DNA of 64,000 bases from an uncultured candidatus Porisulfidus sp. (GTDB lineage Bacteria > Pseudomonadota > Gammaproteobacteria > Poriferisulfidales > Poriferisulfidaceae), in NCBI GenBank assembly GCA_965116025.1, contig OZ220480.1, positions 800,001-864,000 of the forward strand. The letters run 5' to 3'. The notes under the pieces were generated by a model that saw nothing but the letters and a program-made list of their open reading frames with translations, had not been told where the DNA came from and searched no databases. Within the stretch, counting starts at the first letter, position 1. Each line of letters starts with the position of its first letter. The position numbers were made by a program, and so were the translations under genes. Shown here in pieces: positions 19,061-30,788 of this stretch.

Positions 19061-19972
19061 CTAGATCGAGAGCGCGACGCAACGGCGGGATCGCCCATCC
19101 TCCGGCAAGCTGGCTCCCAAGTCGAGGCAGGCGTCCGGCGCGGGGTTCTCGCGCAGGGGGAAGCCCAGCCCCCGCTCCGGCAGCGGCAACGCCCGCGCCA
19201 GCGGGGGCAGCAGCAGCAGCCGCAGCCCCTCCGTGTCGAGAGCGGGCTTGGGCCAGCGCGCCTGGAAGACGTTCTGGTCCAGCGTCACGACCCGGGAGTC
19301 CAAGCTGAGCCGCATCCGCTCGTACCCTCCGGAGAAGGCCCGGCGCATCTGCCCGAACAGGCGCTCTCGGTTGGCCGCGAGATTGCGGTGCATGTCGAAG
19401 CGGTGGCGCGCCGCGAACGCCTCGGCCACGCTCTCCATCCACTGGACGAAAAGGTGGTAGAACCCGAAATTTCCGTACTCCCGAACCTCCTCCAGCCGCG
19501 CTTGGTCGTCCTGGACGTCGACCACGCTGACCCAGCTCCGGCCACGTCCGAGCTCGATGATCCCGTAGCGGCCGGGCGAAAGGTCCCGCGCCGCCAGCAG
19601 CGCGGTCGGGATCGCGCCGCGCGGCTCGTAGCCCAGCGCCTCCAGCACGCCAAGCAAGGATTCGAGGCGCGCCCGCTCGATTCCGGCCCCGACCAGCAGG
19701 TCGAGCGGTCCCGCGCCCTCCGACAGGAATCCTCGCAGCTGGAAGTACGCTAGATCGGAGGAGGACGGGCCCCGGCTCGCTTTCGGCTCCGGGGCCTCGA
19801 GGTACTCGTTGCTCTCGCGGTCGTCCCCCACGGGCCGCAACAGCTCGCCCGCTCCCTCCCCGAACCGCCACGCGCCGTCCTCGTCCTGTCGGGCGGAGCA
19901 CCATTCGGTCCGCCATTCGGCTCCGTCGGGCCGCGCCAGCGCGTAGCTGTCGATCCTAATCGGCGGGTTCAT
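19061..19972 (-). CDS. Conserved hypothetical protein, possibly a divergent actin/Hsp70-like fold
   Basis: 303-aa ORF coupled to both neighbours; SDLAYFQL and AFAARHRFD segments. Fold is inference. Confidence 0.6.
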   Translation of the reverse strand: MNPPIRIDSYALARPDGAEWRTEWCSARQDEDGAWRFGEGAGELLRPVGDDRESNEYLEAPEPKASRGPSSSDLAYFQLRGFLSEGAGPLDLLVGAGIERARLESLLGVLEALGYEPRGAIPTALLAARDLSPGRYGIIELGRGRSWVSVVDVQDDQARLEEVREYGNFGFYHLFVQWMESVAEAFAARHRFDMHRNLAANRERLFGQMRRAFSGGYERMRLSLDSRVVTLDQNVFQARWPKPALDTEGLRLLLLPPLARALPLPERGLGFPLRENPAPDACLDLGASLPEDGRSRRCVALSI

Positions 19973-20840
19973 GGGTCGTCCGGGCGCTCTCCCGCAGATA
20001 GCGCAACAGATGGGTCTGGCAATGCTCCTGGGAGTCCAGCACCAGCGACTCCTGGGCTTCCTGCAACTTATGCAGCAGCAGCATGATGAACAGGCTGATC
20101 AGCAAGGCCACGAAGGTCGAGTTGAAGGCCACTCCGAGACTCTCCGTGACTGGCCCGATGTTGCCGCGGGTGGCCTCCTCGGCCTGCGCCAGGGCCGCGC
20201 CGATCCCGCGCACCGTCCCGATGAAGCCGAGCGAGGGGATCGCCCAGGTCAGATAGCGCACCAGGGCCAGCTCGGTCTCCAGGCGGTCCGATTCCATCTC
20301 GCAGCTGGCCTTCATGGCGGCGGTCGCGTCCGCCACGGAGCGCGTGGTGAAGAAGCGGTCCAGGCAGGCGTCGGCGGCCCGGTACAGCACGGTGCCCGCG
20401 TAGCCCAGCTCGCGCGCGCGCTCGCGGACGTCGGCGAAGCGCGCCCGGTCCTCGGCCTGGGGCAGGATCAGGTCGGCGTCCCGAGTCTCCAGAAAGCTGT
20501 CCTCGCCGCCGCGGCCGCGCTGCCGCAGCAACCCGCGCCCGAAACGCAGCTTCTGCAGCTTCATCCACATGATGGCGAGCGCCCAGAGCAGAGCGACGAA
20601 GCAGGCCTCCTGCTCGTAGTCTTTGATGACCACCGCGACCCGCGCTCCGAACGTCGCTTCGGCGACGTCGGCCCGCTCCTCGGCGACCGCCTGGCGACGC
20701 AGCTCCTCCTGAGCGGTCGGTCGCACGACGAGCTCGTACGTCGCGTGCGTCAGCGCGAACGACAGCGCCAGCGCCAGAACCTGCCAGAGGGCCTCGCGCT
20801 CTCGCCAGCGCCGAACCAGATTCGCCAGACTAGATGTCAC
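19956..20840 (-). CDS. MotA/TolQ/ExbB proton-channel protein
   Basis: WAIPSLGFIGTVRGIG and LGVAFNSTFVALLIS signatures. Confidence 0.92.
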   Translation of the reverse strand: MTSSLANLVRRWREREALWQVLALALSFALTHATYELVVRPTAQEELRRQAVAEERADVAEATFGARVAVVIKDYEQEACFVALLWALAIMWMKLQKLRFGRGLLRQRGRGGEDSFLETRDADLILPQAEDRARFADVRERARELGYAGTVLYRAADACLDRFFTTRSVADATAAMKASCEMESDRLETELALVRYLTWAIPSLGFIGTVRGIGAALAQAEEATRGNIGPVTESLGVAFNSTFVALLISLFIMLLLHKLQEAQESLVLDSQEHCQTHLLRYLRESARTTHEPAD

Positions 20841-21057
20841 TGGGCATGTCCACGGCCTCGTCGAGAGAGATCTTCTCCTTCGGAAGCAACTCCCGGATCG
20901 TGACCGGCGGCGCCTCTCGCTCTCGCTTGATGTCGTCCTCGGTCAAGGTCTCGACGATCCGCCGTCCCTCCTCTCCCTCCGCCCCCGGTTCGGCGGGCTC
21001 CTCGGCCCACGCCAGAGCCGAGGCCGCGCAGAGGAGCGCCCACCCGGCGCCCCTCAT
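20830..21057 (-). CDS. Small exported acidic protein
   Basis: Signal peptide MRGAGWALLCAASALA; ends PKEKISLDEAVDMPSDI; overlaps both neighbours. Confidence 0.65.
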   Translation of the reverse strand: MRGAGWALLCAASALAWAEEPAEPGAEGEEGRRIVETLTEDDIKREREAPPVTIRELLPKEKISLDEAVDMPSDI

Positions 21058-22868
21058 GGCGCCTCCAGGTAGTGGGCCAGCCGGAACCCCACGTCGTCCC
21101 GGGGCCCGCGGCCATAGCGACGATGGGTCAGGCTCAGCTCCTTGCGGCTTGCGTCGCGCCAGCCGAAGCCCCGGATGACATGGTGCGGGCCGCTGGCCTC
21201 GCCCAGGGGGTTGACCCGTTCCAGCTCTCGGCCGGCCGAGATCCGAAGTCTTTCCAGAAACACGTCGTGCACCCATTCCGCCACGTTGCCCGGCAAATCA
21301 TACAACCCCCGTCGGGACGGCGGGAAGCTCCCGACCTCGGCGCTGGCGGCGTGTCCGTCGTCGTACCCCTCCAGCGTCGGCTGGACGATGGCCGTGGCGG
21401 AGGCGTCCGCCAGGTTGCCGAAGCGATTCGGGGGCGGCAGAAAATCTCCCCAGGCGTAGCGCCTCTCGGAGCGGGTCAGCCAGACCCACTCGGCCTCGCT
21501 CGGCAGGCGATATCCGGTCGCGCTCGAGTCGAATCCCTCGACTTTCCCGTCCCGAGTCCGGTAGAACGGCGCGATGCCCGCCCGCTCGCTCATCCAGTTC
21601 GCGAACAGCGCCGCGTCTGCCCAGCTGACCCGAGCGACCGGCTGGCTCGCCCGGTCCAGGCGCTCGCCCAGGACCTCCCCGGACTCGTGCGCGCTCCGAA
21701 ACTTCAGGAACAGCTCGTTGGTGACCTCCTTGTCCATGATCGCGAACGGTCGCGTCAGACGAACCGGGACGCGCCGGCGCGTGGTCGCGATCTCGAACGA
21801 CTCGTACGGTCGGAACTCGACGAAGACCAGCCCGAGGTCGCGCTCCCGCTTGCTGCGCCGGTCGCGCTCGGCCTCGGTCCGCGACCGCAGGACCGCGGAG
21901 AGGATCTTCGGTTCCTCGGGGTGGGGCGTGACGGTGTATTTCCCCGGCAGATAGTCTGGCGCGGACACCTCGATGACGTGCGCCTTCTGCGGCAGTCGCA
22001 ACTGGCGCCGAGTCTCGATTCGCCCGTTCACGCGGACCGTCGCGTTGGCCGGGTTCGGGCGCAGATCCAGCGAGCCGTCGCGGGGAGTCAGCGTCACCGC
22101 GTGCTCGCGCGGTCCGGACGCGAGCTTCAGGGTCCGGCTGTTCGGGACGTGGCCGGGCAGCGCCACGACGACCTCCACCTCGGCGCCTGGCGCGAACCGG
22201 AACCGCTTCGGCGCGCGTCCCTTCCAGGCGCCGTCGATCAGGATGTCCGCGCCTTCCGGCGCGCTCGCGACCGCGAGCGTGGCCGGCGCCACCACCTCGC
22301 TTAGGGGGATCTCGATCTCGGTCAGCCGCCCGTACCCCTCGACTTCCACGGTCCGCCGGGCCTCTTCGAAGCCTTCCGCGCGAACCCGCGCGACATGGAT
22401 TCCGGGCGCGAGGCCCTCCAGCGTCTCGCCGACCTTTCCGGCGCGCTCGCCGTCCACCAGAACCTCCCCGTCGGTCTCGGGGGTCGTGGAGACCCGGAGC
22501 TTGCCCGGCAGGGGATCCAAGGTCACCCGCACGACGCCGCGCGCCGTCTCCGCCTCGAACTCGACGCGCCGGGAGCGGTGCCCTTCCGCCGACACGTCCA
22601 CGACATGCCGGCCGCTCCAGAGCAAGGCTTTCTCGCCCACCATCACGTGCGGCCCCTCGACGCGCGCCGTGGCCTCAATCGGGTCGGTCTCGAAGCCGAC
22701 GAGGTGGATCCGCTCCGCGACCAGCCAGGCGCTCCCCGCCAGCGCCGCGAGCGCGAGAGTCGCCGCCGCGATCCTCCGGAGTCGGAGTCGCGGCGGGCGC
22801 TTCCGGGGCGCTCTCTCTCCCGGCGGTCGGTAAGGCCGCGTCGAGATCGGCTCGTGGTCCAGAATCAC
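21054..22868 (-). CDS. TM + PEGA repeats + FGE-sulfatase (SUMF1-like) domain protein
   Basis: PEGA-like SAPEGADILIDG repeats; C-terminal EVTN, VSWADA, YRLPSEAEW, GLYDLPGNVAEW and VGFR. Start placed at GTG 22868. Confidence 0.88.
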   Translation of the reverse strand: MILDHEPISTRPYRPPGERAPRKRPPRLRLRRIAAATLALAALAGSAWLVAERIHLVGFETDPIEATARVEGPHVMVGEKALLWSGRHVVDVSAEGHRSRRVEFEAETARGVVRVTLDPLPGKLRVSTTPETDGEVLVDGERAGKVGETLEGLAPGIHVARVRAEGFEEARRTVEVEGYGRLTEIEIPLSEVVAPATLAVASAPEGADILIDGAWKGRAPKRFRFAPGAEVEVVVALPGHVPNSRTLKLASGPREHAVTLTPRDGSLDLRPNPANATVRVNGRIETRRQLRLPQKAHVIEVSAPDYLPGKYTVTPHPEEPKILSAVLRSRTEAERDRRSKRERDLGLVFVEFRPYESFEIATTRRRVPVRLTRPFAIMDKEVTNELFLKFRSAHESGEVLGERLDRASQPVARVSWADAALFANWMSERAGIAPFYRTRDGKVEGFDSSATGYRLPSEAEWVWLTRSERRYAWGDFLPPPNRFGNLADASATAIVQPTLEGYDDGHAASAEVGSFPPSRRGLYDLPGNVAEWVHDVFLERLRISAGRELERVNPLGEASGPHHVIRGFGWRDASRKELSLTHRRYGRGPRDDVGFRLAHYLEAP

Positions 22869-23644
22869 CGGATCTTCTCGGCGCACCGGATATCCAGGAC
22901 GGGGGACTCTCCGGGGCGCACCCGCAGGGCGGCGCGGGCGTCTCGATATCCGGGCCGGCTGGCGACGACGATATAGTCGCCGGGCCGCAGCCGCAGGACC
23001 TGCCGCTCCAGCGGCCCGATCTCCCCGATCCCGTAGATCTCCACGCGGGAGCGGCCGTCCGAGGTCAGGGTGACCGAGACCGGCGACTCGGCCAGCTGGA
23101 GCGTGGCGGCGGTCTCCGCGCGCGCGGCGGTGATTTTCCGGTCCTCCAGCTTTCTCTCCTTGAGGAAGGCGAGCCATTCGCGCGCGCGCGCGCGGCCGAC
23201 CTTGTCATACAGTCCGTCTGGCAGATTCAGCGCCGCCAGCCGGCGATGCGCCTCAAGATATGGGGCGACCCGCGCGCGGCCGTCGTGGGCCTCCTTGTTG
23301 CGCGGAGACGCGGCCTGCGCCTTGAGGTAGGAGGCGTCCGCCGCGGCCCAGTCCTCGCGCTCCCGGGCCGCCCGCGCTTGGCCCAGCAGAGGCCGGGCCT
23401 TCTGGAATTGGAGCTCTGTCCGCGCCTGGAGGAGATAGTCTTGGGCTCGTGGTCCGTCCACGCGCGCCCACAGCCGCGCCGCGAGGGCCCAGTCCTCGTC
23501 GAGCGTCGCGCGAAACGCTTGGTCCCGAACGCTCTCGCCGGCGGCGTCGCCCGCGGCTAGAGCCGCGGCCAGCGCGAGCGCGAGAGGTTTCAGTTCCGCC
23601 CGCTCCGCTCCGCCCGGTAGACCTCGTTGAGGATCTCGTGCCAC
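22865..23644 (-). CDS. Exported TPR-like + PEGA-like protein
   Basis: Signal-like LALALAAALAAG, helical repeats and C-terminal LRPGDYIVVASRPGYRD. Start uncertain (about 23593). Confidence 0.7.
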   Translation of the reverse strand: MARDPQRGLPGGAERAELKPLALALAAALAAGDAAGESVRDQAFRATLDEDWALAARLWARVDGPRAQDYLLQARTELQFQKARPLLGQARAAREREDWAAADASYLKAQAASPRNKEAHDGRARVAPYLEAHRRLAALNLPDGLYDKVGRARAREWLAFLKERKLEDRKITAARAETAATLQLAESPVSVTLTSDGRSRVEIYGIGEIGPLERQVLRLRPGDYIVVASRPGYRDARAALRVRPGESPVLDIRCAEKIR

Positions 23645-24768
23645 TGCTGATACTGCTCCTCGACCGATCCGGAGAGCGTGCGAGTCTGGTTCTCCACCTG
23701 CACGACCTGGGGCTCGACCTCCATGTTGAGCGACAGCCCAAGCTCGGTGAGCGCGGCCTCGTGCACCTCCGTCGCCGCGTAGTCCTGATAGGCGTCGTAA
23801 GCCCCGTAGGCCCCGGCGACTGTGAGGACCTGTCCGAGCTGCCTTCCCTCCGTGCTTCCGGAATCGACCGCGACGGCCACGCCCGCGATGACGGCCAGGG
23901 CGCTCAGGACCCCCTGCGTCACGCTGGCCGCGACGCCCTCGTCGTGCGCGCGCCGCTCGTAGAAGCTCTGCCGCGCCCAGTCCCGATACGAATCGTCAAT
24001 TTTCTCCGAGAAGCTTTCCGAGTATTCCTGCAGAGTCTCGATGAACATGTCGTCGCGCTCCTTGATCTGCAGGACCAGCTGGTACATCGTGTCCTCCTCG
24101 GCCGGCAGCGAGACCAGCCGGGCGCGCCCGTCCTTCTCCTGGACATGGTGACGGAACGCCTTCGGCGCGAACTCCTTGGCGAAGCGCAACTCCGCCACGC
24201 CGCGGATCTCCCGCATGGCGGCCGCGCCTTGACGGTCGCGCTCGAGAAGCAGGTCTCGCGCGATTCGGTCGAAAATCTCGTCCAGCGGGCGCGCCGCCTC
24301 CTCGCCGGCGTAGTCGACGTCCCGGAACTCGTGCTCGTAGACGCGGTCGAGCCACTCCGCGCCGGTCGCGTCGCGGGCGCGGATCCGCAACTCGATCTCA
24401 GTGCCGTTGGACTTCAGGATCTCGCCCTCGATCCGCAGGTCCGCGACCGCGCTTTCCGGCATCACCCACACATGCCGCCAGCCGCCGCCGCGCAGCATCG
24501 CCTGGCGCAGCTGCTGGGGAAAATACAAGGTCTCGGCCTTCCGCACCAGAGGAAAGGTCTCGCCTTCGGCCACCTCCTCCGGGTCGGCCTCGCCCGTGAA
24601 ACGGACGATGCCGGCGTCCAGGTGCAGCTCTTCCGGAACCGGCTCCGGCGGCGGCTCTTTCGCGGAGTCGCCGCCGAGCAGGGACCCGACGCCGCCTCCC
24701 ATCTGGCATCCGCCGGCCAAGGCCAAGGCCAAGGCGAGCGGGATTATCCTTTTTTCAGGGTTTCGCAT
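23590..24768 (-). CDS. Lipoprotein of unknown function
   Basis: Lipobox LAGGC after a hydrophobic signal; glycine-rich hydrophobic hairpin near the C-terminus. Confidence 0.75.
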   Translation of the reverse strand: MRNPEKRIIPLALALALAGGCQMGGGVGSLLGGDSAKEPPPEPVPEELHLDAGIVRFTGEADPEEVAEGETFPLVRKAETLYFPQQLRQAMLRGGGWRHVWVMPESAVADLRIEGEILKSNGTEIELRIRARDATGAEWLDRVYEHEFRDVDYAGEEAARPLDEIFDRIARDLLLERDRQGAAAMREIRGVAELRFAKEFAPKAFRHHVQEKDGRARLVSLPAEEDTMYQLVLQIKERDDMFIETLQEYSESFSEKIDDSYRDWARQSFYERRAHDEGVAASVTQGVLSALAVIAGVAVAVDSGSTEGRQLGQVLTVAGAYGAYDAYQDYAATEVHEAALTELGLSLNMEVEPQVVQVENQTRTLSGSVEEQYQQWHEILNEVYRAERSGRN

Positions 24769-26396
24769 TTCTCTCTCAGTCGCTCGCGAACTTCGGGGTC
24801 TTTCTCTCGCCGCGCGAGATCGCAGACCTGGCGCGTGACGATGTCCTCGTCCGTCTCGTAGTCGTCCGGCTCGCGGGCCTCCCCGGTCTGGGCGCTCCCC
24901 GGGACCCCGCCGCCCTTGTTGGATTCGGCCGTTTCCTCCCGGGCGTCTTCCGGGCCCTCCCGACCGGCTTGGCGCTCCTCGCTCTTCTCTCGCCCCGCTC
25001 CGCCGACTCCGGCTCCACCGCCTCGCCGCTCCTCTCGCTCCCGACGGGCCTCGTAGCGGGCGTCGAGCAGGATCTGGTCGACGCGGCCCAGCGCCGCCTG
25101 GGCGCGAGCGAGGCTGGCGGCGCGTTTTTCCTCGACGCTCTCGCCGCCCGCGAGCTCGGGGTCTCTCCCTCCCATTCGCCGCGCGGAAGCGCTTTCCGCG
25201 TCCACGCCGTCATCAGGCGTCTCGCCCATCGCTGCTCGCTCCGCGGGCGCGCGTTCTGGCGTGGCGAGATCCTCAGGGGACTCGCTCCGCGTGGGTGCTT
25301 CGGGAGCTTTCGCCTCGGCGGTCTCTTCGGCTTTCGGACTCCGCTCCGCTTGGGCCTCTTGGCCGTCGAGCAGGATCTGGTCGACGCGGCTCAGCGCGTC
25401 TTGGGCGCGCTCAAGGCTGGCGGCGCGCTCTTCCTCGACGCTCTCGCCGCCCGCGAGCTCGGGGTCTCTCTCTCCCATTCGCGGCGCGGAAGCGCTCTCC
25501 GCGTCCTCGTCGTCATCGGGCGTCTCGCCCATCGCTTCCCGCTCCGCGGGCGCGCGTTCTGGCGTGGCGAGATCCTCAGGGGACTCGCTCCGCGTGGGCG
25601 CCTCAGGAGCTTTCGCCTCGGCGGTCTCTCCGGCTTTCGGACTCCGCTCCGCTTGGGCCTCTTGGCCGTCGAGCAGGATCTGGTCGACGCGGCTCAGCGC
25701 GTCTTGGGCGCGCTCAAGGCTGGCGTCGCTCTCTTCCTCGGCGCTCTGGTCGCCCGCGAGCTCGGGGTCTCTCCCTCCCATTCGCCGCGCGGAAGCGCTT
25801 TCCGCGTCCACGCCGTCATCGGGCGTCTCGCCCATCGCTGCTCGCTCCGCGGGCGCGCGTTCTGGCGTGGCGAGATCCTCAGGGGACTCGCTCCGCGTGG
25901 GCGCTTCGGGAGCTTTCGCCTCGGCGGTTTCTTCGGCTTTCGGACTCCGCTCCGCTTGGGCCTCTTGGCCGTCGAGCAGGATCTGGTCGACGCGGCTCAG
26001 CGCGTCTTGGGCGCGCTCAAGGCTGGCGTCGCTCTCTTCCTCGGCGCTCTGGTCGCGCGCGAGCTCGGGGTCTCTCTCTTCTTTCTCCAGCGCGGTGGCG
26101 CTCTCCGCGTCCTCGTCCTCAGGCTTCTCGCTCGCCGCCTCTCGTTCCGGCGGCGGCTCGTCCGGCATGGCGAGATCCTCGGGAGGCTCGCTCCGCGGGG
26201 GCGCCTTGGGGATATCCCTTTCGACGGGCTCCTCGACTTTCGGACTCAGCCCCGCGCGATTCTCGTCCGAAATCAGGCGCAGGGCGATTCGCTCGCCAGA
26301 ATCGGAGGCGACGGGGAACGGGGAATCCGCGGCGTGTCCGGCGCCGCCAAGCGACGCCAGCAACCCCAGCGAAAGCGCTCGCGCGTGCATGTGCAT
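24744..26396 (-). CDS. Exported, acidic, repeat-rich protein
   Basis: Signal peptide, about four 101-aa repeats with helical SLERAQDALSRVDQILLD, and C-terminal DEDIVTRQVCDLARREKDPEVRERL. Confidence 0.8.
   Translation of the reverse strand: MHMHARALSLGLLASLGGAGHAADSPFPVASDSGERIALRLISDENRAGLSPKVEEPVERDIPKAPPRSEPPEDLAMPDEPPPEREAASEKPEDEDAESATALEKEERDPELARDQSAEEESDASLERAQDALSRVDQILLDGQEAQAERSPKAEETAEAKAPEAPTRSESPEDLATPERAPAERAAMGETPDDGVDAESASARRMGGRDPELAGDQSAEEESDASLERAQDALSRVDQILLDGQEAQAERSPKAGETAEAKAPEAPTRSESPEDLATPERAPAEREAMGETPDDDEDAESASAPRMGERDPELAGGESVEEERAASLERAQDALSRVDQILLDGQEAQAERSPKAEETAEAKAPEAPTRSESPEDLATPERAPAERAAMGETPDDGVDAESASARRMGGRDPELAGGESVEEKRAASLARAQAALGRVDQILLDARYEARREREERRGGGAGVGGAGREKSEERQAGREGPEDAREETAESNKGGGVPGSAQTGEAREPDDYETDEDIVTRQVCDLARREKDPEVRERLREKCETLKKG
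25062..26246. repeat. About 3.9 tandem copies of a 303-bp unit
   Basis: gtcgagcaggatctggtcgacgcgg at 25062, 25365, 25668 and 25971. Confidence 0.93.
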
Positions 26397-26406
26397 GGTT
26401 TTCGGT

Positions 26407-26440
26407 ATTATAACGGGCGAATCCCCCGCCCCTCTATAAT
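26407..26440. promoter_or_regulatory. Candidate divergent -10 boxes
   Basis: TATAAT on the minus strand at 26407-26412 (10 nt before ATG 26396) and on the plus strand at 26435-26440 (before ubiJ), in very GC-rich DNA. Confidence 0.5.
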
Positions 26441-26481
26441 CGGTTCCCTAGAACCCCGCCGCCCCGGCGGGCCGAAGCCGC

Positions 26482-27042
26482 ATGCTCGCCTCGCTGTCCG
26501 CCCTCGTCGATCAGGCTCTGCGCACCGACGAGCGCGCGCGGGCGCGCCTGCGCGCGATGGGGCGGCGCTCGATCCGGCTGGAACTCGCCCCGTTGCCCGC
26601 CGTCGGCTTGCGCGTGGACGACGGCCGGCTGGCCGTGGAACCCCCGGACGAGCGGGCGGACCTCGCGGCGCGCGGACACGTCTTGGCGTTCGCCCGGTAC
26701 GCGATCAACGGCCGGGCCGATGGGGTCCGCGTGGAAGGCGACGCCGAGCTCGCGCGGGACTTTCGGGACTTCGTGGTCGCCCTGGATATCGACTGGGAGG
26801 AACTGCTGTCGCGGGCCATCGGCGACGTTCCGGCTCGATTGATGGCGCGGACCTTCGGAGAAGGACGGCGCGCGGCCCGGAATTTCCACGCCGCGGCCGA
26901 GAGCGACGCTAGCGACTGGCTGCGTGAGGAATCGGGTCTGTTGCCGAGCGCCGACGAGCTGGACCGCTTCGCGCGAGTGGTGGACCGACTCCGCGATGAT
27001 CTGGAGCGATTCGAGCTGCGGCTCGACCGCGTCCGGTCATGA
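26482..27042 (+). CDS. ubiJ: Ubiquinone biosynthesis accessory factor UbiJ
   Basis: VEGDAELA, DIDWEELLSRAIGDVPA and a C-terminal coiled coil; upstream of ubiB. Confidence 0.88.
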   Translation: MLASLSALVDQALRTDERARARLRAMGRRSIRLELAPLPAVGLRVDDGRLAVEPPDERADLAARGHVLAFARYAINGRADGVRVEGDAELARDFRDFVVALDIDWEELLSRAIGDVPARLMARTFGEGRRAARNFHAAAESDASDWLREESGLLPSADELDRFARVVDRLRDDLERFELRLDRVRS

Positions 27043-28576
27043 CCCGACGGGGAGACGCCGTCGCGCGGCCGCTCTACATCTCATGGGTGCTGTTGCGCCA
27101 CGGCATAGACGAGATCGTCCTGTCTCGCTTCCGGCTCGGTCGCGTGACGTTGCGCCTGTTGCCCTGGCGCTGGTTTCGCCGGCCGCGGCGACGTTGGCCA
27201 GAGCGCGTCCGCCGCGCGCTGGAGGAGCTAGGGCCCATCTTCGTGAAATTCGGACAGATGGTGTCGACCCGGCGAGATCTGCTGCCCGCGGATCTGGCCG
27301 AGGAGCTGGCTCGCCTGCAGAATCGGGTGCCGCCGTTCGACGGCGCGGTCGCCCGGGACGTCATCGAGCGGTCTTTGGGACGAACGGTTCAGGAGATGTT
27401 CAGCGAGTTCGACGCGACGCCGCTCGCCTCGGCGTCGGTCGCCCAGGTGCACGCGGCGCGGTTGGGGGAGAGCGACGTCATCGTCAAGGTGTTGCGCCCG
27501 GGGATCGAGCGGACGATTCGCCGCGACATCCGGCTGATGCGCGCGATGGCCCGGGTGGCCGAGCGCTGCTCGGCGGAAGCCCGGCGCTTGCGTCCGGTCG
27601 ACCTGGTGGCCGAGTACGAGAGCGTCATCTTCAACGAGCTGGACCTGACCCGCGAGGCGGCGAACGCGAGCCAGCTGCGGCGAAACTTCCAGGACAGCCC
27701 TCTGCTGCGCGTGCCGGAGGTGCACTGGAACCACACCGCGCGGAACGTCATGACCATGGAGCGCATGCGCGGCATCCAGATCTCAGACCGCGCGGAACTG
27801 CTGCGCCACGGTGTCGACCTGAAGCTTCTGGCGGAGCGCGGCGTCGAGATCTTCTTCACCCAGGTGTTCGACCACAATTTCTTTCACGCCGACATGCACC
27901 CCGGCAACATCTTCGTCTCTCGGGAGACTCCGGAATCCCCGAAGTACAGCGCCGTGGATTTCGGCATCATGGGCTCGCTGTCGTCGTTTGACCAGCGCTA
28001 CTTGGCGCTCAACCTCGCGGCCTTCTTCGACCACGACTATCGGCGCGTCGCCGAGCTGCACGTGGAGTCCGGATGGGTTCCGCCGGGCACGCGGGTGGAG
28101 GATTTCGAGGCGGCCATCCGCGCCGTGTGCGAGCCGATCTTCCAGCGCCCGTTCTCCGAGATCTCGTTCGCGAACTTGCTGTTGCGGCTGTTCCAGACCG
28201 CGCGCCGGTTCCAGATGGAGGTGCAGCCGCAACTGGCGCTGCTGCAGAAGACCTTGGTCAACATCGAGGGACTCGGGCGGGATCTGTACCCGGATCTAGA
28301 TCTGTGGACGACCGCGAAGCCTTTCATCGACCGCTGGGTCCGCGAGCGGATCGGGTTGCCGGCGCTGTTTCGCTTGGCGCTCCATCGCCTGCCGCGACTG
28401 ATCGAGAACGCGCTCGGGGACTCCGCCCTAGCCCCGCCGAATCCCGCGCCCGCGCTCCGCGCGCGGCTCGACGAGTCCCGGCGCGCGTTGCGGCGCGCCC
28501 GCGTCTGGCTGGCCGCGCTCGCCACCGCGCTGGTGGCGCTGGGGAGTGGGTTGGCGGTCTCGCTCTGGGGAAGCGG

Positions 28577-28580
<4 letters not shown>
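27039..28580 (+). CDS. ubiB: Ubiquinone biosynthesis kinase-like protein UbiB
   Basis: LGPIFVKFGQ, ASASVAQVH, FFHADMHPGN and DFGIMG motifs. Confidence 0.96.
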
Positions 28581-30757
<2,177 letters not shown>

Positions 30758-30788
30758 TGGGCGAGCCCCGCGGTCGGGAAGGTCGGCG

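Noticed and set aside
24969-26912. Long plus-strand ORFs across the 303-bp repeats
   Set aside because: Stop-free shadows of a repeated GC-rich unit. The minus-strand frame has a signal peptide and operon coupling.
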